Shown: one piece after another, positions 34,275 through 44,600 of the stretch | Layout: each line of letters opens with the position of its first letter | How positions within the stretch are numbered: the stretch's first letter is position 1 | From: an uncultured virus (IMG/VR IMGVR_UViG_3300030372_001717) | Taxonomy: Duplodnaviria > Heunggongvirae > Uroviricota > Caudoviricetes | Length of the DNA stretch: 64,000 nt | Direction: 5' to 3' (one strand) | Virus record (IMG/VR): IMGVR_UViG_3300030372_001717 | Position numbers and translations under genes: made by a program | Notes under the pieces: model-generated | What the model was told of the DNA's origin: nothing | Databases searched by the model: none | The model's input: the letters and a program-made list of their open reading frames with translations, nothing else

Positions 34275-35785
34275 CCCCTTTGAGGATCTTCTGGCATTTT
34301 AAGAACAAGGTTATCCTTTGCTCTGGTTACGCCCACGTATAAAACCCTCTGGGCATCGTCCGGGTTCTTTTCCATCTCATGCAGAGCCTTGGTAGACAGA
34401 TCAAGGTAAAGAAGAACATTATCAGCCTCACCACCTTTTGCACCGTGGATCGTGGACAGTTTTATCTTAGGCTTCTCAAATATATTTACGCCTCTATTTA
34501 AAAGTGCAGAGGCATATGCCCGGTCTTCGTCGCTAATCCGGTCAAGAACCACATCCCAAGTGCCTTCGTAGGCCTGCAAACCAAAGTGCTGGCGCAGTGC
34601 CGCAAGCGTAAACAAGTCTTTTTCATCCGCACCGGATATCATTTTCTTAGCACCGCGTTTTAAACGGCCTTCTCCGGTAGAAATGTAGTCGTATAAGTTA
34701 ACAGCTTCTTTCTGTGAAACCTCATGCCCACCATCAAGCTGTAGGTGATTCCAAGCACTGATGGCGTTTCTCACAGACTTCTTGAGTGACGCATGGCCCT
34801 TACGCTCAAAGTATTGACCATTGGAAGTCATCCGGTCAGCAAGTTCGTCCAGCATGTAATTGGCCTGGGCCAACACAAGCCAGTTGTCGCCATTAAAGTT
34901 TATGGTGCTTGGGTCATATACCCGCTCGACGGAGCCCTCTTCTTTTCGCGGAAGCCACGATTTCTTTTGCCTGTACCGGATGCGGTTTACCACCTTGTCG
35001 GCAATGTTATGTACGCTTCTAGGTATACGGTAAGACTGCGACAAAACTTCTGAGCCACCCTGCAACGTAACAAAATGGTTTATGTCTGCGCCTGCCCAAC
35101 GGTATATGCCTTGGTCATCGTCGCCTGCCACAAACATGCGCTCACTCTTGTCGCTCAAATGGTGAGCCACTTTCCATTGCAAAGGCGTCAGGTCCTGTGC
35201 TTCGTCCAGAAAACAAACTTTCAAACGCGGCACGGCATCCGGTCTCTCTGACAGTTCCACCATCATATCGGTGAAATCCTTGAGGCCGTTGTTGTCTTTA
35301 AACTTCTTATACTCATCAAACAGATGCTCAAACTCATAGTAAGGTATGGAAAGCTCTGTGACGTTGTAAGCGTACCGAACACCCCGCAAAGAATTACGGG
35401 CTAGGTCTATGGCTCTCATCGTAGGGTTGTTGCTTTTTAAAAGAACAAAACCGTCGTCGCTTATGTGCTCTGTCCCGCCGCTGGACAGGTCAACGCCCGT
35501 CGTCTTGCTAAAGTCTTTGAGGTTGCGGTCATTCAAAACTTGCGAACCGGACAACCCTAACATTTGGAATGCCAAACTGTGCAGTGTGCGGAAGTATTGA
35601 AAGTCTTTCTCTGGGTCTAGGTTAAACCTAACCACGGCTCTGTCACGAGCTTCATGCGCGGCCTTACGAGTAAACGCAAAGTATCCAATCTCATTAGGCG
35701 ACATGCCGCTAACCAAGAGTTCATCTACTTGGTTAAGGAGGGTGGTTGTCTTACCTGTGCCGGGAGGACCAAAGTACCTAAACAT
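34262..35785 (-). CDS. UvrD-like SF1 helicase
   Basis: GPPGTGKTT, DEAQD, GDDDQGIY, STIHGAKGGE, YVGVTRA. Confidence 0.9.
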   Translation of the reverse strand: MFRYFGPPGTGKTTTLLNQVDELLVSGMSPNEIGYFAFTRKAAHEARDRAVVRFNLDPEKDFQYFRTLHSLAFQMLGLSGSQVLNDRNLKDFSKTTGVDLSSGGTEHISDDGFVLLKSNNPTMRAIDLARNSLRGVRYAYNVTELSIPYYEFEHLFDEYKKFKDNNGLKDFTDMMVELSERPDAVPRLKVCFLDEAQDLTPLQWKVAHHLSDKSERMFVAGDDDQGIYRWAGADINHFVTLQGGSEVLSQSYRIPRSVHNIADKVVNRIRYRQKKSWLPRKEEGSVERVYDPSTINFNGDNWLVLAQANYMLDELADRMTSNGQYFERKGHASLKKSVRNAISAWNHLQLDGGHEVSQKEAVNLYDYISTGEGRLKRGAKKMISGADEKDLFTLAALRQHFGLQAYEGTWDVVLDRISDEDRAYASALLNRGVNIFEKPKIKLSTIHGAKGGEADNVLLYLDLSTKALHEMEKNPDDAQRVLYVGVTRAKDNLVLKMPEDPQRGWAI

Positions 35786-36041
35786 TTGTGTCCTGTTTAA
35801 TATCTTTTATAACATCTCTTCTTTCTACGCACAAAACTTGCCTGACAAGGGCTTCTCCTTCAAAAAAGTCAAGAGCAAAGTTATGCAAATGGGTATGATT
35901 AAAGTGAACATGCTCCAAACATTTATGCAAAGAATTAAACATTAAAGGTGTCTCATCAGCATTATGTATCACTACGCCGTCAGGTCTTCCCTCCAACGTT
36001 GGATTGAAAAAAAACATAGTAACAACGATTACATATTTCAT
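35778..36041 (-). CDS. hypothetical protein
   Basis: 87 aa, coupled within the replication operon. Confidence 0.5.
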   Translation of the reverse strand: MKYVIVVTMFFFNPTLEGRPDGVVIHNADETPLMFNSLHKCLEHVHFNHTHLHNFALDFFEGEALVRQVLCVERRDVIKDIKQDTNV

Positions 36042-36295
36042 TTGTTTTTATCCGAAAAGTCTGGCGGTTCTTTTAGAAGAACTTCTAGCTCGTAACCCAG
36101 AACATCTAGGATGCTTTCTACTACATACAGAGAAAGAGATCCTTTTAACTCTAGGTTTTCATACTCGGACAACAATTTTGGAGGTACTTTAGAACGTTGG
36201 GAAACCTCCTTCATGGTTAGCCCACTCTCCTCTCTAAGATCCCGTAAAATTTTCTTCCAGTTTTGGTGGTACTTAAATTTATCTTTTAGTTTCAT
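36038..36295 (-). CDS. XRE-family HTH protein
   Basis: LRDLREESGLTMKEVSQRSKV...LSEYEN...ILDVLGYEL. Confidence 0.75.
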   Translation of the reverse strand: MKLKDKFKYHQNWKKILRDLREESGLTMKEVSQRSKVPPKLLSEYENLELKGSLSLYVVESILDVLGYELEVLLKEPPDFSDKNK

Positions 36296-37833
36296 TAGAA
36301 CGGAACATCCTCTTCATCAAAGCGGCTTTGAAATCCATCCTCAATTTTAGCAAATGCCGGGACGGACCAACAGCGCACTGTTCTGCCTTTAATACGAAAT
36401 TGCTCTGCTTTTCCGTCGATCTCTCTAAGTCTCTGCGCTATCTTATTTGACTTGTATTCAAAGAACTTGCTGCGTTTCAAGAACGCTTCAAAGTCTTTCA
36501 AGCGAAAGTATGTGCGCCTCTCCTCTTCATCTGTCCAGGGACGGCGCAACAGTATTTCTTCCTTGTCCATAGCAGATTGCATGTGTGTAGAGAACTCTTC
36601 TAGAAGGTCATAGAATTGACCCCGTAAGCTGGTGTCATCTGAAGTTGTTATGACCGCGCCCTCTGTGTCCAGCATCGTGCTCAACAACATGTTTATCAAC
36701 GTCTCCCATGCCTGCTTAGACATAGTGCGCGGCATGAAGTTAATCTGCTCCATGCACAACATCTGAAAACGAGGCTGTTTTTGTAAACCCTCTGTATCAA
36801 GTTCGACGGGACTGCCATTCACATCGGCAAACCACAGAGGCGGCTCGCTATCATACTTTCGGAGGTTGCCTACGGTAGGAGTGTTTTCTCCGCCCCCAAC
36901 GCCGTGCTTTCGGCTTCGGCAAAGATCTTTATTGCAGAAGTTGCAGATGGGTTGGTCGGCGCACTTGTATTGGTAGTCCTTCTTCTTAACCTGATCTGCA
37001 ACCGTGTTGACCTCATTAAGATCTAACGGAGGGTCCATGATCTGTTGGTTGTACTCTAGAATCTTTTGTTCCCAATCATCCGGATACGCCTTGCGTAGGT
37101 ATACACCTAGATTAAACAAGCCATTGTTCCGTGTTCCTTGAGGAAAGCCCTGTCGTAGCAGCGCCTGCAAGCACGGCGGACCATCCTTTAACTTCTGATC
37201 CACCTCTGAAGAATCTTTAGAAAGTAAACCGTCAAGCTGCTCCTCTGTGATTGAAGCTGCTTCAGCGTATTCTAGAAACTCTTCTAATGTTGCCGCACTG
37301 CCGTCATCCTTAATAGCGTACCGTAGACCCTCTTCCTGATTAAAGTATGGCAGGTTCAAGAAGTTGCCGTTATCGCCCCGGTCTAGAACCAATCGTATTT
37401 GCTTTGGAAAAACCTCGCACCCACCGAAACCAATCTCAGAGGCAACCTCTTTCAGTTTCAGTTGAAGCTTCTCTGCTTCGACAAACTCTTTCAAAAACAA
37501 ATAAACGTGCGCCCCACCGGACTTACTTCGGCACACCACAAGCGGTAGGTCTAACTCATCTAACTTTTTAATAATAGCAACATGGTCCAGCGGGTACTGG
37601 TCTATATCTATTGCACCCCAGACACAGACATTGTCTTCGTTGATGGGAACAACGCCGATAGATAACTCACCCTTGAGATGAGCTTCAAAGGTGGCACTGG
37701 TCCGTGGTTCGTGGACAAACTTGTATTTGCCCTTCTGCTTTCCGTTCGCGTCCTTGTTCGTAAGGCTCACGGCACCGTAAGCCCTGTTCAAACCACGGAA
37801 CAGTTTTGCAAATTTGTTTATTTCTTTTTTCAT
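36295..37833 (-). CDS. AEP-type primase with PriCT-like domain
   Basis: WGAIDID, RSKSGGAH, GNFLNLPY, PPCL...GTRNNGLF; ATG at 37833 chosen as start. Confidence 0.75.
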   Translation of the reverse strand: MKKEINKFAKLFRGLNRAYGAVSLTNKDANGKQKGKYKFVHEPRTSATFEAHLKGELSIGVVPINEDNVCVWGAIDIDQYPLDHVAIIKKLDELDLPLVVCRSKSGGAHVYLFLKEFVEAEKLQLKLKEVASEIGFGGCEVFPKQIRLVLDRGDNGNFLNLPYFNQEEGLRYAIKDDGSAATLEEFLEYAEAASITEEQLDGLLSKDSSEVDQKLKDGPPCLQALLRQGFPQGTRNNGLFNLGVYLRKAYPDDWEQKILEYNQQIMDPPLDLNEVNTVADQVKKKDYQYKCADQPICNFCNKDLCRSRKHGVGGGENTPTVGNLRKYDSEPPLWFADVNGSPVELDTEGLQKQPRFQMLCMEQINFMPRTMSKQAWETLINMLLSTMLDTEGAVITTSDDTSLRGQFYDLLEEFSTHMQSAMDKEEILLRRPWTDEEERRTYFRLKDFEAFLKRSKFFEYKSNKIAQRLREIDGKAEQFRIKGRTVRCWSVPAFAKIEDGFQSRFDEEDVPF

Positions 37834-37865
37834 AAAAGTTGGGGGAGGCACACTTATCCTCCCCC
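37834..37865 (-). terminator. hairpin/terminator after SSB-like gene
   Basis: GGGGGAGG-N9-CCTCCCCC then AACTTTT. Confidence 0.5.
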
Positions 37866-37877
37866 GTTCCCCCCGAA

Positions 37878-38657
37878 CTAAAAGGGTGTGTCTTCGTCAG
37901 AAGACTCGTTATCGTCTTCGCGCTGATGCTTGACGTTGACATTGCCAGCCTGGATAGACTCTGCAAAAAGCTTGGCCTCCGCGTAAAGATTCGGATCTTC
38001 GATCTGAGAATCTTTGCTAATGACCCAGCCATGCCATGACCCGTTGGTGTTTTCCTCTGGAGTAGTTTCCAAATGCCAGATGTGGCTAAAACGTGGCGGA
38101 GTAAACAATTCTCCTTTGGTGTCCTTCATCTTCAAAGCCCTCATAGCAGAGTTCCATTGTTTGGACTTCTTAAACTGTGTGGACTTCATGGGAAGCAACG
38201 CTTGTTGCGTCATGCCGTCATCGTCAACGATGAGGACATAATGCTGGGCAGTGCGTTCCAGGTAACGCCCACTACCACCGACAACATAGTCTTTATTATC
38301 GTCACCACGTTCGGTTTTTGGAACCGTATCACCTGCGCCATAGATTGCGTGTGGCGCACCCGTACCGGAACCACGGGGCTCCCATTCAATGTACTGCAAG
38401 TTGTAGGCGCAATTAATTACCTTGACGCCCTTTTTGCCCTTCACGACCTCTTTAGTGACGGTGTTATAAATGTCTCCCGCCTTTGCGTCATCCAGATCGT
38501 CCAACTCGTCGGACATCTTCTGCAAGACTTTTAGAAAAGGTATTGCAAGGTCTTCAGAACCAAGGTCGTTTACCCCAACGCCAGCGTCGGCTGCAAACAT
38601 ATCTTGTTCCATAACAGCAACCTGATTGCTTGCTGCCTTCTTTATCGCTTTCGCCAT
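37878..38657 (-). CDS. putative ssDNA-binding protein
   Basis: DLAIPFLKVLQ; acidic tail ending DEDTPF; replication module. Confidence 0.6.
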   Translation of the reverse strand: MAKAIKKAASNQVAVMEQDMFAADAGVGVNDLGSEDLAIPFLKVLQKMSDELDDLDDAKAGDIYNTVTKEVVKGKKGVKVINCAYNLQYIEWEPRGSGTGAPHAIYGAGDTVPKTERGDDNKDYVVGGSGRYLERTAQHYVLIVDDDGMTQQALLPMKSTQFKKSKQWNSAMRALKMKDTKGELFTPPRFSHIWHLETTPEENTNGSWHGWVISKDSQIEDPNLYAEAKLFAESIQAGNVNVKHQREDDNESSDEDTPF

Positions 38658-38658
38658 T

Positions 38659-39234
38659 TTACTTACTCCTCTTGATAGTTGCTCGTTGTGAAATGAATGC
38701 GCCGAATAAATCTAGCGGGACGGCGTCCCCCGCTTCTACCCGCTCCCGTAACCAAGCCTTTAAAGTCATAGGCTCAACCTTTTCAAGTTGACTGGGAGTG
38801 AATCCTTGTGAGCCACACATGTTTACAAAGTCTTTTGCAATTGTGTCCTCGCCGCGACCAAACGTGACGGTCACGTTGTTCTTTACAAGATCACCAAACT
38901 CGTGATCCCGTAACCATTGGAACGCCTCATCTTTGCGATCCTTTGGAATACTGGCTGCATATATTGGTTTAACCGCAATCTCTGCACCATCCTTTAGCGT
39001 AAACTTCTGTAGACCCATGGTCTCCAGTGCTTCAGGTAATTGTTCGTCAGTAATTTTGTGGAGAGACTGCTTATGGTCCTTGAGCAATTGTTCTGTGTCA
39101 GCTATCTTTTGCTCAAGGGAGGCGGCTTCATTAGCCAGTTTAGAAATTGAATCAAGTTGATCGTCTTTCAACTTGTCTATGGTGTCTTCGTTGCTTCCTG
39201 CATCGGAAGCCATCTCAGCAATAATGTCGTTCAT
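38659..39234 (-). CDS. replication-module protein
   Basis: AFQWLRDHEFGDLVKN...FGRGED...VEPMTLKAW. Confidence 0.6.
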   Translation of the reverse strand: MNDIIAEMASDAGSNEDTIDKLKDDQLDSISKLANEAASLEQKIADTEQLLKDHKQSLHKITDEQLPEALETMGLQKFTLKDGAEIAVKPIYAASIPKDRKDEAFQWLRDHEFGDLVKNNVTVTFGRGEDTIAKDFVNMCGSQGFTPSQLEKVEPMTLKAWLRERVEAGDAVPLDLFGAFISQRATIKRSK

Positions 39235-39262
39235 TCTTTTCTCCTGTTGCTTTCATCGGCGG

Positions 39263-39312
39263 TTGACTTAACCGTCAGAAACCTTTATATGGGTATTTAT
39301 ATGATGATGCAA
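39263..39312. promoter_or_regulatory. overlapping divergent sigma70-type promoters
   Basis: + strand TTGACT-N17-TATATG (39263-39291); - strand TTGCAT-N17-TATAAA (39312-39284). Confidence 0.6.
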
Positions 39313-39323
39313 GAGAAATCTTA

Positions 39324-40763
39324 ATGAAAAATTATATTTTTCAAACTGACCCTTACAAGCACCAAAAAGAATGTTTTGATTCCAGCGCAGAAGCAGGGAA
39401 TTTTGCGCTGTTGATGGACATGGGTACAGGCAAAACAAAAGTCTGCATCGACACAATCGCGTTAAATTTTGAAGAGAGCCGCATTAACTTTGCAGTGATC
39501 GTCGCGCCCAAAGGTGTCATTGCCAACTGGGTGGGCGAGATACAGACGCACCTACCAGAACGCATCGACAGGCAGGTGGTTCTTTGGAAACCAAACTTGA
39601 CTAAAGCTAAACGAAAAGAACTCAAGGACCTTACAGAGAGCAACCACAAATTAAAGTTTCTTCTTATGAACATTGAAGCTTTCTCTACAAAAAAGGGTGT
39701 GGACGTAGCAGAGTTTTTCGTGAAGAGGTACAAGACGTTTATGGCAGTGGACGAATCCACAAGTATAAAGAATAGACAGGCCAAACGCACGAAGTCAATT
39801 TGTTCCGTGGGCCGTGAGGCGGTGATGCGGCGTATTCTTACAGGCTCTCCCGTCACAAAGTCACCTATGGACCTCTACAGTCAAATGGATTTTTTAGATC
39901 CCAGGATACTTGGGTTTAAAAGTTACTATGCGTTTCAAGGCAGGTACGCTGTCGTGCAACGGCGCACGATGGGATCTCACTCATTTAACCATGTTCTAGG
40001 CTTCCGTCACTTGGACGAGCTTACAGAAAAATTGGACCAGTACAGCTACCGGGTCCGCAAGGAAGACTGCCTAGATCTACCCGACAAAGTTTATATGAAA
40101 CGTGAAATTGAACTGACCAAGGAACAGTCGGATGCCTACACTCAAATGAAGCATCTGGCGTTGGCTAGGCTAGACAATGGAGAGCTTGCCACCACACAGA
40201 ACGTCCTGACACAAATCATGCGGCTCCAACAAATATGTTTGGGTCACCTGACGGACGACGATGGCGAGACGCACATTTTAAAATCTAATCGCCAAAACGA
40301 ACTTCTAGAAATATGTGACGAGATACAGGGTAAGGCAATCATATGGGCGACCTGGACGCAGGATATTCGTTCGATAGCCGAGGCCCTGCGTGACCGCTTT
40401 AGCGTACAAGCGGTTGCAACGCTCCACGGTGAGACCCCTGACGCTGACCGTCAACAGATCGTGGAATCTTTCCAAGATCGACAGTCAGAGTTACGTTTCA
40501 TCGTGGGGCATCCTAAAACAGGCGGATTTGGTCTTACACTTACCGCTGCAAATACGGTTGTATACTACAGCAACTCGTATGACCTAGAGCTTCGTATGCA
40601 ATCCGAAGACCGCGCCCACCGCATTGGGCAAGAAAACAAAGTCACATACATTGATCTTATCTCGCCAAGGACCATTGACGAAAAGATTGTTGATGCTCTT
40701 CGTAGTAAGATAAAGATTGCGGATACTATTTTAGGCGAAGAGATACGGGACTGGCTGAATTAA
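39324..40763 (+). CDS. SNF2-like SF2 helicase
   Basis: MDMGTGKT, VDES, LTGSP, GGFGLTLTAA, QSEDRAHRIGQ; the only convincing + strand gene. Confidence 0.92.
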   Translation: MKNYIFQTDPYKHQKECFDSSAEAGNFALLMDMGTGKTKVCIDTIALNFEESRINFAVIVAPKGVIANWVGEIQTHLPERIDRQVVLWKPNLTKAKRKELKDLTESNHKLKFLLMNIEAFSTKKGVDVAEFFVKRYKTFMAVDESTSIKNRQAKRTKSICSVGREAVMRRILTGSPVTKSPMDLYSQMDFLDPRILGFKSYYAFQGRYAVVQRRTMGSHSFNHVLGFRHLDELTEKLDQYSYRVRKEDCLDLPDKVYMKREIELTKEQSDAYTQMKHLALARLDNGELATTQNVLTQIMRLQQICLGHLTDDDGETHILKSNRQNELLEICDEIQGKAIIWATWTQDIRSIAEALRDRFSVQAVATLHGETPDADRQQIVESFQDRQSELRFIVGHPKTGGFGLTLTAANTVVYYSNSYDLELRMQSEDRAHRIGQENKVTYIDLISPRTIDEKIVDALRSKIKIADTILGEEIRDWLN

Positions 40764-40766
40764 ATT

Positions 40767-41249
40767 TTATAAGATATCTGCGCCACCCTCAAAGCCACCT
40801 ATATCACCGTATGATTCTGCCCCGCCACCGCCAAAATAGTCACCACCTTCGGGTGCGCCAAGACTTTGCCGATCAGTTACTGGCGTGATACGAGCCGCCC
40901 CCGTTTTAGCAGCCTCTGTTAACCCTCTAGGATCACCATCATCACCACCAAAAAGACTTCCTATACCAAAAGGTAAAAGAGGTCTGCCCGTAAACAAGTT
41001 AAAGATGGTTTTACCAACTGTGTAAGGCGTTGAAATGCCGCTAAACTTACCTAATGCTCCAAGAACATCACCAATTGAAAGGCCCATTCCTATTGCATCT
41101 GCAATCGTGCCTTCGATACTGCCACCTTGGTTCATAAACAATGGACCTATGCCTTGAGACATTACAGGAGGCATGTTTGGTTGTTGCCGCAAAGCATCGA
41201 ACCTGTTGTAAAGATCATCAATTGACGCTGTTTGGTTTATTATAGCCAT
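40767..41249 (-). CDS. hypothetical Gly-rich protein
   Basis: Coupled to endolysin; FMNQGG motif. Confidence 0.5.
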   Translation of the reverse strand: MAIINQTASIDDLYNRFDALRQQPNMPPVMSQGIGPLFMNQGGSIEGTIADAIGMGLSIGDVLGALGKFSGISTPYTVGKTIFNLFTGRPLLPFGIGSLFGGDDGDPRGLTEAAKTGAARITPVTDRQSLGAPEGGDYFGGGGAESYGDIGGFEGGADIL

Positions 41250-41695
41250 TACAAATCTGACCACGTTTTCCCGTCAAAGACTCTGGCGGTTCTACGGTGT
41301 CCCCTATCTACATCATAACTGCAATGAACCCACCCACTGGTTGGTTCACCTTCTCTGTAAAACTCTAAGATCAACTGGTCAAAGTCACAGTTCTCTCTTA
41401 CCCATAAAGCAACCTCTTTGTTATCGTAACCGGGTACTTCAAAGTCTACAGCCTTGCCCTCTACATGCTGGGATTTGTCAGAAGATCCTATAGCCCTGTT
41501 TAATTCTAAACACCGGAAGCCACTGTTAGGCGCAAAGGGAACGCCATACTGTTCGCGTACAGGCTCTAGAATTTCATTACAAACAAGAATAAGATTCTCT
41601 ATTTGACCGTCATCCGGGGTGTTTTCAATACCCTTACGGGATGCCGTTTCGGACTTTGTAAGTTCGCCCAAAGAAAAGTGTTCGGATAGCCTCAT
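41249..41695 (-). CDS. peptidase M15A endolysin
   Basis: LSEHFSLGELTKS, SGFRC, SQHVEGKAVD, DQLILEF, WVHCS. Confidence 0.85.
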   Translation of the reverse strand: MRLSEHFSLGELTKSETASRKGIENTPDDGQIENLILVCNEILEPVREQYGVPFAPNSGFRCLELNRAIGSSDKSQHVEGKAVDFEVPGYDNKEVALWVRENCDFDQLILEFYREGEPTSGWVHCSYDVDRGHRRTARVFDGKTWSDL

Positions 41696-44600
41696 CCTAC
41701 TATCTGCCTTGCTTTCTTCTTAATTGTCATAATCCCGCCATCCTTTGCAAGGACAGGAGAAAACAAAGGTAATCCCATCTGTTCAAGTTGAGATATAGTT
41801 CGTTGCCGTGCCTGTGGTGCTGGTGCTTGTGCTTGTGCTTGTGCTTGTGCTTGTGCTTGTGCTGGCGCTTGGGCCATGGGCGCTGGTGCGACAGGACTGA
41901 CAGGACTGACTTGACCAAGCGTGGATGCAACAACAGGATCTCTCAATGGCGGACTAACCGAAGCAACCCGGCGTGTGGGTGGCGCAGAGGTAACATCCAA
42001 ATCCTCATTTAATTCTTCTTGACCACGTTTTAAAATAGGAACCGTTGCAGCGGGTTTGCTAAGAACTGTCTTTGGAACGTTAACGGTATCTATTAAACCT
42101 TTTATTATAGTCTTAAAAAAACCATCGCCTATTTCAGAAGTTCTTTTTGCTAAACCCGCAGCTATTTCAGGATCAAGAGCAGAATTTATTAAAATGTCTT
42201 TTATTTTGTTGCCCGTTATATTTTTACCAATTTTTCCAAACATGCGGCTACCAACACCTGCGGCAACGAGTGAATTAACAAAACCAATTTTATCTGCAAC
42301 TTGTAAACCTAAAATTCTTCCAAGGTTATTCCAGCCCTCTACACTAATAGCATCTTGTGGGTTCAATGCAGTTTGAAGGCGAGTGCTTCCAGGTGTAAAA
42401 GTAGAAGTTTCAAAAGCTACCTTCGCAACCTTGTCCAAACCCTCTAATAACTCTGGGTTGTCGGGAAAAGCCTCTTGAAGCAAAGATCTAATGCGCGGGT
42501 TAGACATTAAATCACGAAAGGAAGCAGGATCAAAAACCGTAGCAGACAGGTCTCCTGCCTGTCTTGCTAAATCATCACTCTGTAAGCTAGAACGCCTAAA
42601 AAGTTCTCCTATTATAGAAGCTTGAAAACCTTTTTCAGCGGGTTTGTTGCCTCTTACAGAGGACAAGAATTCATTTAAATCTCTTTTAGGTTGTTTATTG
42701 TTAGGATTTAAAACCCTGTCAAAAAGACTTTCGGTAGCATACCCAGCGTCAGCTTTTATAACGTCTGAAAAAACGTTCTCTTCTGACACACGTTTACGCC
42801 TTTGACCAATATAATCAAGATAGTCGTCAATGGTTAAACCATTTAAATCTAACTGTCCGTTGTTTACTAACTCAGTAATTTGTTGTCTTGCTTTATCAGT
42901 CCGAAGGGTATTTAAGGCATCCAATTGAGCAGCAAGTCCATCAGCATCGCTTAACAAATCTGGAACATCTGAACGTCCGTTGTTTTTAAGAAAATCCAAA
43001 GCTTCTTTATTTTTGGATCTGAAAGATTCAAGACCTTTTGAGTCAACCCCTTCCGGAAAACGTAAAGCTAGTCTTTCTAAAAGAATGCTCTCTGCAACTT
43101 GCAAAGACTTAGGGCCTACTGGAGCATCCGGTTTTAACCTTATTTCAAAGGGTGAATCAGCTTGGCCTATTTTTACCAATTCAAAGGGTGAATCAGACCT
43201 TTCAAATAACGATGGTCCACCAAGCAAAGCATCTTCATCTATTGCAGCAAGTGGAATACCTTCTGCATCTGTAAGGATTTCTCCCTCAGGACTTCTCTTT
43301 ATAGTAACAAAATCGGGCAACTCTGTTGTAGCCTCATTAAGAAGCCTCAAGTTTGTTGTTTGAGTTAAGGGAGAAGTAGACTCTGGAAGAACTTTTGCAG
43401 GCACTTCTTCTACAGGAATTTTAACCGCAGACCCCTTGTCTTTAGCAAGAACGTCACCTTGAGCGTCATCAATTCTATTTTTAAGTCGTGACGCCTCCCT
43501 AGCAAAATTTAAAGCTACCGGATCTAACGTTGAAAAAGTTTCGGGAGACAAAAGTTGCTCAATAGTTTGCCTAAGTTGTAAAAGACTTCGATATTTAGGA
43601 GTCTTACCGTTAAGGGCTACTTCTCGTCTTGCAGACTCAGCGACATTAGAAATTGTTTCCCTGACATCATTTCCACTAACACCGCCTGCAACTAAGACGC
43701 CGTCGGGATCTCTAGAGGTTAAACGTCCTGTTGGTTCAATAACAACATCATCACCCGTACCTAAAAGATCCCTTGTAATCTTATCAATTTGAGATTGATA
43801 TTCCTGCGCTTCTTTTCCTAATCTAAGAACTTCTTTTCTTTTATCTCGAACAGCTTTTGATGAAGTTGTTCCTTCACCCAAGTTAGCAATGCTTTTTCTC
43901 TGTTTTGCCACTTGGGCAAAAACATTTTCAAGCCCTACAGGTGCTCTCTCTTTTGCTTCCTTTATTGTCAAGGTAGACCAAGGAACAGCAGGATCTGTAG
44001 AAAAACTTATAACAGCTTGTTTTTGAGAATCGTTTAAATTTGCCATGCTGTCTTGAACATAGCTTTCTAAAGATCTAGTAAGTCTTTCTGAGTCAATACG
44101 TTCTATTTCAATTTGATCGTCTAACTCTGATTCAGCTTTTGTTTTTTGTCCTATTATTTCGTCGCGTTGTTTTTCTAAATCAGGTATCCGGGACTGAGCT
44201 TGACTTGCTCGACCCGCTGCAACAGCCTCTGCACGTTGCCTGTTTAATTCTTGTAAGACAGATCTTGAACCAGATAATTGAGCTAGTTCTACAGGAACTT
44301 CTTTAACATTAAATTTTTCCTGTCGAGAAAGGTTTGTTAAACGCCCCGCAGCCCATTCCTCTACACTTAAACCAGAGATGTTTGCGCCAGTCGCAGAATC
44401 TATAGACCCCTCCGGAAAAACAATATTTTCGGTAACTTTATCGTCTAGTCCTTCTATTCTGCGGTAAGCTGCTTTTTCAAAAGCTCTAAATTCCCTGTTG
44501 GCATCATCGTAGGTTCCCCTTACAAGATCCCCAACAAATTTTCTTTCCGCGTCAGGAAGATCTGAAACTGATTTTAAACCTCTGTCAGCTAAATAAGACT

